DNA from: Candidatus Hermodarchaeota archaeon
GTDB lineage: Archaea; Asgardarchaeota; Lokiarchaeia; Sigyniarchaeales; SOKP01
Length of the DNA stretch: 22,767 bases
NCBI GenBank assembly: GCA_048885535.1
Contig: JBHLLO010000004.1
Span: forward strand, 61,726-84,492
Reading direction: 5' to 3'
Part shown: positions 9,305 through 17,690 of the stretch, piece by piece
How positions within the stretch are numbered: position 1 is the first letter of the stretch
Layout: every line of letters starts with the position of its first letter
Notes under the pieces: generated by a model
Seen by the model: the letters and a program-made list of their open reading frames with translations, nothing else
Told to the model about the DNA's origin: nothing
Databases searched by the model: none
Position numbers and translations under genes: made by a program

Positions 9305-10939
9305 TCAAAATATTGAATCTTCTTGATAAGTGCCAAATACTTCTTTTAAAGTTGTAATAATTTCACCAATAGAAACATATTCTCTTACAGCTTCAATAAT
9401 ATAAGGCATTAAATTTTCAGTACCTTCTGCTGCTTCTTTAAGTTTTTTGAGCTTTTCCTTAACTACTTCATTATCCCTTTCTTGCTTTATTTTCATTAGC
9501 TTTTCTATTTGCTCTTTTGCCACTTCCTCGTCAATTTTTAATAAGGGCGTAGAACAAGGTTCTCTGAAAGCTACATCATTTACGCCTACAATTACTCTTT
9601 CCTTTTTTTCCACTTCCTTTTGATACTTATAAGAAGCATTTGCAATTTCTTTTTGGAAGAAATTTGCTTTAATAGCAGGAATTACTCCTCCTAACTCATC
9701 AATCCTCTGGAAATAATTTTCAGCTTCCTCTTCCATTTTATTCGTAAGCCATTCTACATAATAACTCCCAGCTAGGGGATCAACTGTATCAGCCACTCCT
9801 GATTCATGAGCGATAATTTGTTGCGTTCTTAAAGCAATTTTTGCAGCTTTTTCAGTGGGTAGGCATAGTGCTTCATCAAAAGAATTGGTATGTAGGGATT
9901 GGGTTCCTCCCAAAATAGCAGCTAAAGCTTGAAGTGTAACCCTAGCTATATTGTTTTCAGGTTCTTGCGCTGAAAGCGAAACTCCTGCAGTTTGGGTATG
10001 GAATCTAAGTCTCATTGACTCTGGATTTTTAGCACCATACTTATTTTTCAAGTGTTTAGCCCAAATTCTTCTTGCAGCCCTATATTTGGCAACTTCCTCA
10101 AAAAAATTGTTATGAGAATTGAAAAAGAATGATAACCTTGGAGCAAAATCGTCAACATCTAAACCCCGTTCCATTGCAGCCTCAACATAAGCAAAACCAT
10201 CTGCTAATGTAAATGCTAATTCTTGAACAGCTGTCGATCCTGCTTCTCGAATGTGATATCCACTTATAGATATTGCATACCACTGTGGTACGTGTTTAGT
10301 ACAATATTCTATAGTGTCTATAATAAGCCTCATGGAAGGTTCCGGTGGAAAAATCCATGACTTTTGTGCTATATATTCCTTCAATATATCATTTTGAATT
10401 GTTCCTCTCAACTCTTCAGGACTGTGCCCTTGCTTTTCAGCAGTTACAATATACAATGCCAATAAAATCGCAGCAGGACCATTTATTGTCATAGAAGTAC
10501 TAATTTTTGAAAGATCTATTCCATCAAATAAAGTTTCCATGTCTTTAATTGTATCAATACTCACTCCTTCTTTTCCTATCTCTCCTAGTGCTTTCTCATC
10601 GGTAGCTTCAATACCATATATTGTATGGAGACTAAAGGCTACACTTAAACCTGTTTGCCCATGTTCTAATAAAAACTTATAACGCTTATTTGTTTGTTCA
10701 GCAGTTCCAAATCCCGCAAATTGTCTCATAGTCCATAACCGTCCACGATACATATTCTTATATGCCCCACGAGTGAAGGGATATTTTCCAGGTTCTCCTA
10801 AATCCATTACATAATTAAAGTCTTTAATATCCTCTGGAGAGTATAATTTATTTATCTCAATGTCAGAAAGGTTTCGAAACTTCTCTTTTCGTTCACCTTT
10901 CTTCGGCTTTAATGTCTTCTGCTCATCTATTTCTGTCAT
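9305..10939 (-). CDS. AdoCbl-dependent acyl-CoA mutase large subunit with isobutyryl-CoA mutase-type signature (Phe74/Gln192)
   Basis: Motifs PFTRG, WTMRQFAGF, QNDILKEYIAQK, ISISGYHIREAG, RFHTQT and GTQSLHTNSFDEAL; GGAG RBS upstream. Confidence 0.95.
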   Translation of the reverse strand: MTEIDEQKTLKPKKGERKEKFRNLSDIEINKLYSPEDIKDFNYVMDLGEPGKYPFTRGAYKNMYRGRLWTMRQFAGFGTAEQTNKRYKFLLEHGQTGLSVAFSLHTIYGIEATDEKALGEIGKEGVSIDTIKDMETLFDGIDLSKISTSMTINGPAAILLALYIVTAEKQGHSPEELRGTIQNDILKEYIAQKSWIFPPEPSMRLIIDTIEYCTKHVPQWYAISISGYHIREAGSTAVQELAFTLADGFAYVEAAMERGLDVDDFAPRLSFFFNSHNNFFEEVAKYRAARRIWAKHLKNKYGAKNPESMRLRFHTQTAGVSLSAQEPENNIARVTLQALAAILGGTQSLHTNSFDEALCLPTEKAAKIALRTQQIIAHESGVADTVDPLAGSYYVEWLTNKMEEEAENYFQRIDELGGVIPAIKANFFQKEIANASYKYQKEVEKKERVIVGVNDVAFREPCSTPLLKIDEEVAKEQIEKLMKIKQERDNEVVKEKLKKLKEAAEGTENLMPYIIEAVREYVSIGEIITTLKEVFGTYQEDSIF

Positions 10940-11100
10940 AATAATACTCCTAATTAATTCTTAAAAATCTTATATAATTTTCATTAAAGATATTAATCTA
11001 CAAGTTTGATAATAAAATAAATTTTTTAATTTTTCTTATTAATCTTAAATTCCGCTTTATAGTTTTATATTTATATAGTAAAGAATCAAGTTAATTATAG

Positions 11101-11850
11101 ATGAAAGAAATCAATAATGTAAAATATTTTGATATTGTTGACATTCGCGAGATATTTCATAATAAGATAAGTGAAGAAGAACTAAGAAATTATTTCGAAG
11201 AAGAGAAGATAAAAGGGAAAAAAATTGGGGAAAACTGGTATACAACCGAAGATGAATTAAAGAAGTTTGTTAATCAAATACTGTTAAAAGAAAAGGCAGT
11301 AATGGTTGGACCTCACAAAATTGACTTGTCTAATATTAAATTAGAGGGAAGAGTCTTAGATATAGGTGGCGGCGGAGAAGGAATAATAGGGCAAGTGGGA
11401 GGTGAACAAGTTGTTGCAATTGATTTTAATAAAAGTGAACTCGAAGAAGCTCCAGATAGCGGGGAATTAAAAATAATTATGAATGCAAAAGAATTGAAAT
11501 TCCTCGATAATACTTTTGATATAGCAACAACATTTTTCACTTTGATGTACATTCCCTTAAATGACCATAAAAAAATTTTCCAAGAAATCCATAGGGTTTT
11601 AAAACCTAATGGCGTGTTTCTACTTTGGGATCTATATTTTCCAAAAAAAATTAACAAGGAAAAAGAATTTTATGGTGTCACCCTTAGAATAAAAATTAAT
11701 GAAATTACAATAGAAACGGGTTATGTTGTAAAATGGGTTAAAGAACAAGATATCAACTATTATTTAGATCTAGGAAAGAATATAGGATTTGATACTATTG
11801 AGACTAAAATTAAAGAAGATACTTTTTACATAAAATTTAGAAAAGATTAA
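11101..11850 (+). CDS. Class I SAM-dependent methyltransferase with N-terminal excisionase/HTH_17-like domain
   Basis: Motif I VLDIGGGGEG, LKFLDNTFD and EIHRVLKPNG. The first ~60 aa (DIVDIREIF...EEELRNY...KIKGKKIGENWY) resemble a winged HTH. Confidence 0.85.
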   Translation: MKEINNVKYFDIVDIREIFHNKISEEELRNYFEEEKIKGKKIGENWYTTEDELKKFVNQILLKEKAVMVGPHKIDLSNIKLEGRVLDIGGGGEGIIGQVGGEQVVAIDFNKSELEEAPDSGELKIIMNAKELKFLDNTFDIATTFFTLMYIPLNDHKKIFQEIHRVLKPNGVFLLWDLYFPKKINKEKEFYGVTLRIKINEITIETGYVVKWVKEQDINYYLDLGKNIGFDTIETKIKEDTFYIKFRKD

Positions 11851-11898
11851 TTTTTTAATTCTTTATTTTTAAATTTTTTTTGAAGATTTTATAAGGCG

Positions 11899-13035
11899 CT
11901 ATGCTATCTTATAAGCTTCTTTAATTGCTGAACAACCACCACATCTAACACAACCTGCTTTATTTTCCAAAGGATTAACCCCATATTCTTTCAGTAGATT
12001 TGAAGCTTTTTGATAAATTTTGACTAGCAATTCGTGGTCTGTCAATGGCATATCTTTTTTTCCAAGAATTGATCGAACAGGAGTTATAAATGGTATTACA
12101 CCAAGATGAATTATTCGTTCCAAATCATTTATTAAATTTTCATAATTTTCTCCAAATCCAGTTAAAATAAATGTCTCTACTTGGTTCTTACCAAATATTT
12201 TGAGAGCATATTCCCAATTTTTTTCAAAATCCTCATATGGGATATGATACTTACCGGGAGTAAGTTCTTTTCTTATATTTTCGTCAAGTACCTCTATGTG
12301 AATACCTATTGTATCTGCTCCTGCTTCTTTTAATTTCCTAATATAATTTAAATCGTCCAGTGGTTCAATTTGAACATGGAGGGGAAGTTCTGGATAATGA
12401 TTCTTAATTTCTTCTAATAATTTAGTATAACGATTGGCACCCTTATCATCCGTTTCATCAGTACCACTCGTTAATGTCATATGATTACATCTACCTTCAG
12501 CTATCGCAGCTTTTATTACTTCGATCATTTGTTGAGGAGTTTTTTCTAAGATGGTATCTCCTGATTTTAAGCTTAACTCTATTCCACAAAATTTGCATCC
12601 TTCTCCACACGCCCAATAAACACATTTTTGATATATTGTACTTGCTAAACAATCTAGCCCATGAACTAATGCAATCTTTTTCATGGGAATACCATCAGAT
12701 GTCATATAGTTAGGATTATAATATTCAGGATTAGAGACTAATTTTAATCTTCCAAAAGAAGCGTTTGAATTCGTATTAAAAATTTCAAAATAACCCCTGC
12801 GATTTTCTCCTAATACAAGATCCGTTCTATTTCTATTATCCCAAAGAGCAACATTTACTAAAACCCCATTATCCAATAAAAAATAACGTCCTCCTGATGG
12901 ACCAGCTCCTCCCTTTCGGCCAAAATCGATTTCAATACCTTGTCCTAAATAATCTTGAATTCGATTTTTGTCAAGATATAATCCTTTACATAACAATTCA
13001 GTTTTTTTGACAAACGCTAAGTAATCATCAATCAT
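11899..13035 (-). CDS. Radical SAM protein, MSMEG_0568/NitD-like family
   Basis: RKGGAGPS, LASTIYQKC...CKFCGIE.SL, KTPQQ, HMTLTSGT, IGIHIE, FGKNQV and C-terminal KAGCVRCGGCS match my recollection of the MSMEG_0568 family pattern. Confidence 0.85.
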   Translation of the reverse strand: MIDDYLAFVKKTELLCKGLYLDKNRIQDYLGQGIEIDFGRKGGAGPSGGRYFLLDNGVLVNVALWDNRNRTDLVLGENRRGYFEIFNTNSNASFGRLKLVSNPEYYNPNYMTSDGIPMKKIALVHGLDCLASTIYQKCVYWACGEGCKFCGIELSLKSGDTILEKTPQQMIEVIKAAIAEGRCNHMTLTSGTDETDDKGANRYTKLLEEIKNHYPELPLHVQIEPLDDLNYIRKLKEAGADTIGIHIEVLDENIRKELTPGKYHIPYEDFEKNWEYALKIFGKNQVETFILTGFGENYENLINDLERIIHLGVIPFITPVRSILGKKDMPLTDHELLVKIYQKASNLLKEYGVNPLENKAGCVRCGGCSAIKEAYKIA

Positions 13036-13231
13036 AATATCAAAATTTATTGATTAGAATCCCAATTCAATAAAATTTTTTAATTAGTCTACATAAAATT
13101 TATTTATTATAGACTTATAAGTATAGTTCTTATTAATTGTAAAAATTATACTATCATTGCTTATAATAAAACTAAATAGAAGAAAAACTTAAACAATTTA
13201 ATCAAAGTGATATAATAGTGGTGAAAGAATA

Positions 13232-13858
13232 ATGGCACACCGCAGACCCTGGAAATGTTATAGCCGCTGGACACGTCGTCCATACCAATATAAGCGAAGC
13301 AGTAATCGCCGTAGGGAATTCGCCCGTGGGGGTACTCAATCAAAAATACAAAGATATTGGGGAGGCAATAAAGACATTAAGTGGGAAGATTGGGAATTAG
13401 TAGTTGGTCTAAAATCTGATGCCCAAGTACAGATTTCCTCAAATGCTCTTGAAGCTATTAGAATTACAATCAATAGTGCATTACAGAAGAATTTAGGTAG
13501 AACAAACTTTAGATTTCGAGTACGTCCAAAACCATTTCAAAAATATCGCGAAAATCGTATGTTAGCTTTCGCTGGTGCTGATAGAGTTCAATCTGGTATG
13601 AGAAATAGCTTTGGGCGTTCCACTGGTGTATGTGCACGGGTTAGAGCGGGATCTATAATTTGCGAAATTGGTACTCATTTGAAGAATCTTCCATTAATTC
13701 GAGAGAGGTTAAGGATTGCGAGTATGAAAGTACCATGCTCTTGTTCAATTGTTATTTTGAGTTATAAATCACCAGAATATTTTAAAAAGGCAGGTCTTCC
13801 TCTCTATGATGCTAAAAACCGCAAGGAGATACCTTTATACGAACTTGCGTTTACTTAA
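13232..13858 (+). CDS. rpl10e: 50S ribosomal protein uL16 (L10e)
   Basis: Motifs RRPWKCY, QISSNALEAIRI, RENRMLAFAGADRVQSGMRNSFG and ARV; GGTGA RBS at 13220-13224. Confidence 0.96.
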   Translation: MAHRRPWKCYSRWTRRPYQYKRSSNRRREFARGGTQSKIQRYWGGNKDIKWEDWELVVGLKSDAQVQISSNALEAIRITINSALQKNLGRTNFRFRVRPKPFQKYRENRMLAFAGADRVQSGMRNSFGRSTGVCARVRAGSIICEIGTHLKNLPLIRERLRIASMKVPCSCSIVILSYKSPEYFKKAGLPLYDAKNRKEIPLYELAFT

Positions 13859-13999
13859 TTTATATTTAAACAAATCTTAATAATAGATGTTTTTACAAAT
13901 AAGCTTTAATCTCATTTATAGATAAAATTAATATCAACAAATTTTTAATAATTCAAATTCTCTTATAATATAATTATACACATCATTCTAAGTAATATC

Positions 14000-15349
14000 T
14001 TGAAAAATCTTACACCCTTTTTCAATCCTAAAAGTGTTTTAATCATTGGAGTTTCTAGAAAAGCACTTTCCTTCAGTTATACTGTATTAAAGAATTTATT
14101 AGAAATCTTTTATCAAGGAAGACTTTACATTCTCAACCCCAATGCAAGTGAAATATTGGGACTTCAAGCTTACCATTCTTTTGATGAACTTCCAGAAATA
14201 CCTGAGCTTGCAGTAATTGTCTTAGGCAAAGATATATTAAATATTGTTGAAAATTTAGGTAAAATGGGAGTAAAATATGTTGCGATTCAAACTGAGTTAA
14301 AACCTGGTACAAATATCTCTGAAGTAACCATTAAATTACATGAGATATGCGAAAAATACAATATTACTTATTTAGGACCATCTATGTTAGGAGTCATTAA
14401 CTTTAATGACAATTTTACAACATCCATTATTCCAGTAAGACAGCATATTATGCGGGAGAATAAGAACGTCAAAGATGGGATAAGTTTTATCGCTCAAAGT
14501 GGAGGTTTAGCTGGAGCAATGGGTTGGTGGACACCCTCCCAAAAGTTACCAATCTCTAAAGTTATCCATTTAGGCAAAGGTTATCATATAAATGAGGCAG
14601 ATATCCTTGATTTCTTTTTAAATGACAAAACTACAAAAGTGATTTCATTATTTTTAAGAGAAATAACAGATGAACTTATAGAAGCGGTAAGACGCGTTTC
14701 TGCTCTAAAACCTGTACTTTTTTTCCATGTGGGTAAAGATGAAAGAAAAGTACTACAAATTAAAGAAGCGGGGGGTATTGAGGTTTTTAATTATATTGAG
14801 CTTTTTGAGATTGCTAAAATATTTCTATGGTGCCCCGAACCAAAAGGACCCAATTTGGGTCTTATTGGGCCTTCCTCAGGAGCAATACATTTAATAGTTA
14901 GAGAGATGAGGAAACAAAATTTATCCCTTGCTCAACCTAGTGAAGCGTCAAGACAGATAATAATTGATAAAGTAGGCGGCTCAACTTGCGCTTTTGGCAA
15001 CCCTGTTGATTTTTGGCCCCCTGAAAAATTTATTGGTATAAAGATTTGTGGAATTTATAATACTGCTTCTCATGTATTATTAGAAGATACTGCTGTTGAT
15101 GGTCTAATTTTAGCACTAGAATTCTTTATAGAAATAGAATTTGATATTGGGATATATTCTTCATTAAAATCTAAATTTCCAAATAAACCTATAATTATTA
15201 TCTTAATTCAAGCAGAAAAAGAGGGTGCAAAGAGAGTTATTAAAACAGCTTCAGATCTACGAATCCCAGTTTTCGAAAATGAAATAGAACGAGCAGTTAG
15301 GGGATTTAGATTACTTTATGATTGGTATTCTAAAATAAAAAAGAAATAA
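14000..15349 (+). CDS. Acyl-CoA synthetase (NDP-forming) alpha-subunit-like CoA-binding protein, apparently lacking the catalytic His loop
   Basis: FFNPKSV.IIGVS, LGPSMLG, FIAQSGG and NPVD are the ACD-alpha subdomain 1-2-5 landmarks; no SHTG motif; TTG start. Confidence 0.85.
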   Translation: MKNLTPFFNPKSVLIIGVSRKALSFSYTVLKNLLEIFYQGRLYILNPNASEILGLQAYHSFDELPEIPELAVIVLGKDILNIVENLGKMGVKYVAIQTELKPGTNISEVTIKLHEICEKYNITYLGPSMLGVINFNDNFTTSIIPVRQHIMRENKNVKDGISFIAQSGGLAGAMGWWTPSQKLPISKVIHLGKGYHINEADILDFFLNDKTTKVISLFLREITDELIEAVRRVSALKPVLFFHVGKDERKVLQIKEAGGIEVFNYIELFEIAKIFLWCPEPKGPNLGLIGPSSGAIHLIVREMRKQNLSLAQPSEASRQIIIDKVGGSTCAFGNPVDFWPPEKFIGIKICGIYNTASHVLLEDTAVDGLILALEFFIEIEFDIGIYSSLKSKFPNKPIIIILIQAEKEGAKRVIKTASDLRIPVFENEIERAVRGFRLLYDWYSKIKKK

Positions 15350-15353
15350 GGGT

Positions 15354-16601
15354 TTAACTTAAAAAGATATCTTTTAATTCTTCCGGTATTTCAACGTCTT
15401 CATCCATTAAAGAGAGAGCATAAAAGTTTTCGCCACAATTACATTCTTTTCCTTCAAACAAGTAAAATTTGAATTGATTTTTCCAATTAGTTATTTGGAC
15501 ACTGCGAATTGATGCTAATTCACCACATAAACAATAAATACCCATTTCTTTAGAATAATTTGGGATTATATCGTTAAAAGGTTGAGGTGCCTCAGAAAAC
15601 TCAGAATCATTTAACATTTGATTTATTTTTTCCGCAAGTGTATCTTTTAAAGTAGGAATAAAGCTTTCTATAATGCCATCTTTTCCTTTCATTTCAGTTA
15701 ATACAATGAAATTCTTTTCAACTTTTTTTTCAGGAAATAATGATTTGTCATATTGTTGAAGAGTTTCTGGAATAGGATAAGGTTCCATTCCTTCTGGATA
15801 CTCAAAAGCAAAATAAAACTGAGATACCCCTCTAAAGGATCGCTGATTAATAAGTCTTAAATTTTCATAATCCCTACTATAAAGCCCAAATTTAATTAAT
15901 TGAAGTGGCACTTTCAATTCTAAAAGTTTAGCTCTGATATTATTCAAAATTTCATTTACGAAACTTTTTAATATCATTATATCTTCTCGATTGTCTGTAT
16001 ATACCTCATTTTTATTTTCATCTTTAAACCTTAACCACTTTTTATAAACAGAACTTCTAACTAATTGAGGTATAATACAAAAAACACATAATATTGGTAA
16101 TATAAATAATAAATCAACATTTGGGAAAAACATTAACACTGTAATTGCTGCAAGAAGGGGTAGAGTCACAATTAAATTTAAATTTCTTAATCGTTTATCT
16201 ACGGAACTTTTTACTCCTTTACTTAATGCAATTTCTTCGGCTCTAATTTTAAGCTTATAAATTGTCTCAAGAATCTTCTTCTCATTATAATTTATTTTTA
16301 AAAGCTTATCTTCTTCATTGCCTTCTTCCAAAGTATCACTTTTATCAGTTAGTCTTTTTACATATTGTTCAAGATTCCTGTCTTTATATATAAAATCTAA
16401 GGTTTCCTCAGCAAAGTAATCAAGAAATCTAGCAATGAATAATTTTTCTTCAATATCTTGAATATCATCTGGTGTCAAACCTAATGCTTCCTGCATCATC
16501 TGACTCTGTGTTTTTTTAGCAGGTTTTCTCCGTTTTGATTTCTTCTCTTTTTTCTCAGAAGTCTCTTTTTCTTCAATTTTATTCTTATTATTTTCGTTCA
16601 T
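15354..16601 (-). CDS. Hypothetical membrane protein (central 2-TM hairpin, C-terminal CxC...CxC)
   Basis: 415-aa ORF with a K/R-rich N-terminus, hydrophobic hairpin LIVTLPLLAAITVLMFF / LLFILPILCVFCIIP, and CLCG and CNCG motifs. Confidence 0.85.
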   Translation of the reverse strand: MNENNKNKIEEKETSEKKEKKSKRRKPAKKTQSQMMQEALGLTPDDIQDIEEKLFIARFLDYFAEETLDFIYKDRNLEQYVKRLTDKSDTLEEGNEEDKLLKINYNEKKILETIYKLKIRAEEIALSKGVKSSVDKRLRNLNLIVTLPLLAAITVLMFFPNVDLLFILPILCVFCIIPQLVRSSVYKKWLRFKDENKNEVYTDNREDIMILKSFVNEILNNIRAKLLELKVPLQLIKFGLYSRDYENLRLINQRSFRGVSQFYFAFEYPEGMEPYPIPETLQQYDKSLFPEKKVEKNFIVLTEMKGKDGIIESFIPTLKDTLAEKINQMLNDSEFSEAPQPFNDIIPNYSKEMGIYCLCGELASIRSVQITNWKNQFKFYLFEGKECNCGENFYALSLMDEDVEIPEELKDIFLS

Positions 16602-16724
16602 AATTCTTAAAAAAGCATATCTAGTTTAATAATAAGTTAATAATAGTGGAAAAATAATTAACTTTATGAATTTTTCGTTGAATAATAATAATAACTGTTT
16701 TTAGATTAAATCTATAAATAATTC

Positions 16725-17576
16725 ATGGATAGAATATCAATTATGCGTAAATTAACTACAGATGTTTTACTAAAAGATTTAAAATTTCCAGAAGGTTTGA
16801 GATGGCATGACGACAGATTATGGTTTTCTGATATGGAAGATCGTAAGGTTATATCTGTTAATATAAAAGGAGAAATAGAATCGACAGTCGAAGTGCCAAA
16901 TCGCCCTTCTGGTCTTGGATGGTTGCCTGATGGAAAATTGATAGTAGTTTCAATGGAAGATCGAAAACTGTTGCAACTCGAAATGGGAGTTATGAAAGAA
17001 TTTGCGGATTTAAGTAAATTGGCAGCTTATCATTTAAACGATATGGTAGTTAGTAACCAAGGACGTGTCTATGTTGGAAATTTTGGGTTTGATTATATTA
17101 ATAACCAACCTTTTTTGCCAGCAGTGATTATTATGGTCACTTCTGATGGAAAGGGTAAAATTGTAGCTGAAAACATGTCATTTCCAAATGGTTTAGTTAT
17201 AACGCCTGATAATAAAACACTTATTATAGCAGAAACCCTTTCAGCTCGATTAACTGCTTTTGACATCAAAGATGATGGAACTCTTATAAATCAGAGACTA
17301 TGGGCTGATTTAAAATCTATTCCTCCTGATGGAATTTGTCTTGATGAAGAAGGAGCTATTTGGGTCGCTGCTCCAGGACAGCATGGAGTTTTGCGGGTTC
17401 TTGAGGGAGGAACAATAACTAATATTGTCAAAGTCGAGAATGAAGCTTATGCATGTATGTTAGGAGGTCCAAATTTGACAACTCTATTCATTGCTACATC
17501 TAAAAGTCACCTTATAAGAGATAAAGGCCAAATCGAATATATAGAAGTTAATGTGCCCAAGGCAGGATTTCCATAA
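16725..17576 (+). CDS. SMP-30/gluconolactonase/LRE family protein
   Basis: Beta-propeller metal ligand motifs FPEG.RW, LNDMVV, FPNGL and PDGICLD. Confidence 0.94.
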   Translation: MDRISIMRKLTTDVLLKDLKFPEGLRWHDDRLWFSDMEDRKVISVNIKGEIESTVEVPNRPSGLGWLPDGKLIVVSMEDRKLLQLEMGVMKEFADLSKLAAYHLNDMVVSNQGRVYVGNFGFDYINNQPFLPAVIIMVTSDGKGKIVAENMSFPNGLVITPDNKTLIIAETLSARLTAFDIKDDGTLINQRLWADLKSIPPDGICLDEEGAIWVAAPGQHGVLRVLEGGTITNIVKVENEAYACMLGGPNLTTLFIATSKSHLIRDKGQIEYIEVNVPKAGFP

Positions 17577-17690
17577 TTCAATGTTGTTTAGATATGCATT
17601 ATGAACTAGTAATTAGATTTTTAAGCTTTTAATCCCATCATTCTCCATTACTTAATATTTAAAAAAATCAATATAAAATAATGAGATTGA

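Noticed and set aside
9292-9336. N-terminal extension of the B12-binding subunit given in the ORF track
   Set aside because: Overlaps the large-subunit 3' end; ATG 9291 has an RBS and matches the family start.
10940-11100. Possible cobalamin riboswitch upstream of the mutase operon
   Set aside because: The region is extremely AT-rich and lacks the conserved GGGAA and GCCACTG elements.
7357-13035. GNAT plus radical SAM as a remnant Nit1C cluster
   Set aside because: The GNAT is RimJ/RimL-type, lies 4 kb away on the other strand, and is separated by the mutase operon.
11313-13343. ORFs 11313..11657 (-), 12474..12713 (+) and 13161..13343 (-)
   Set aside because: Antisense shadows of the methyltransferase, radical SAM and rpl10e genes.
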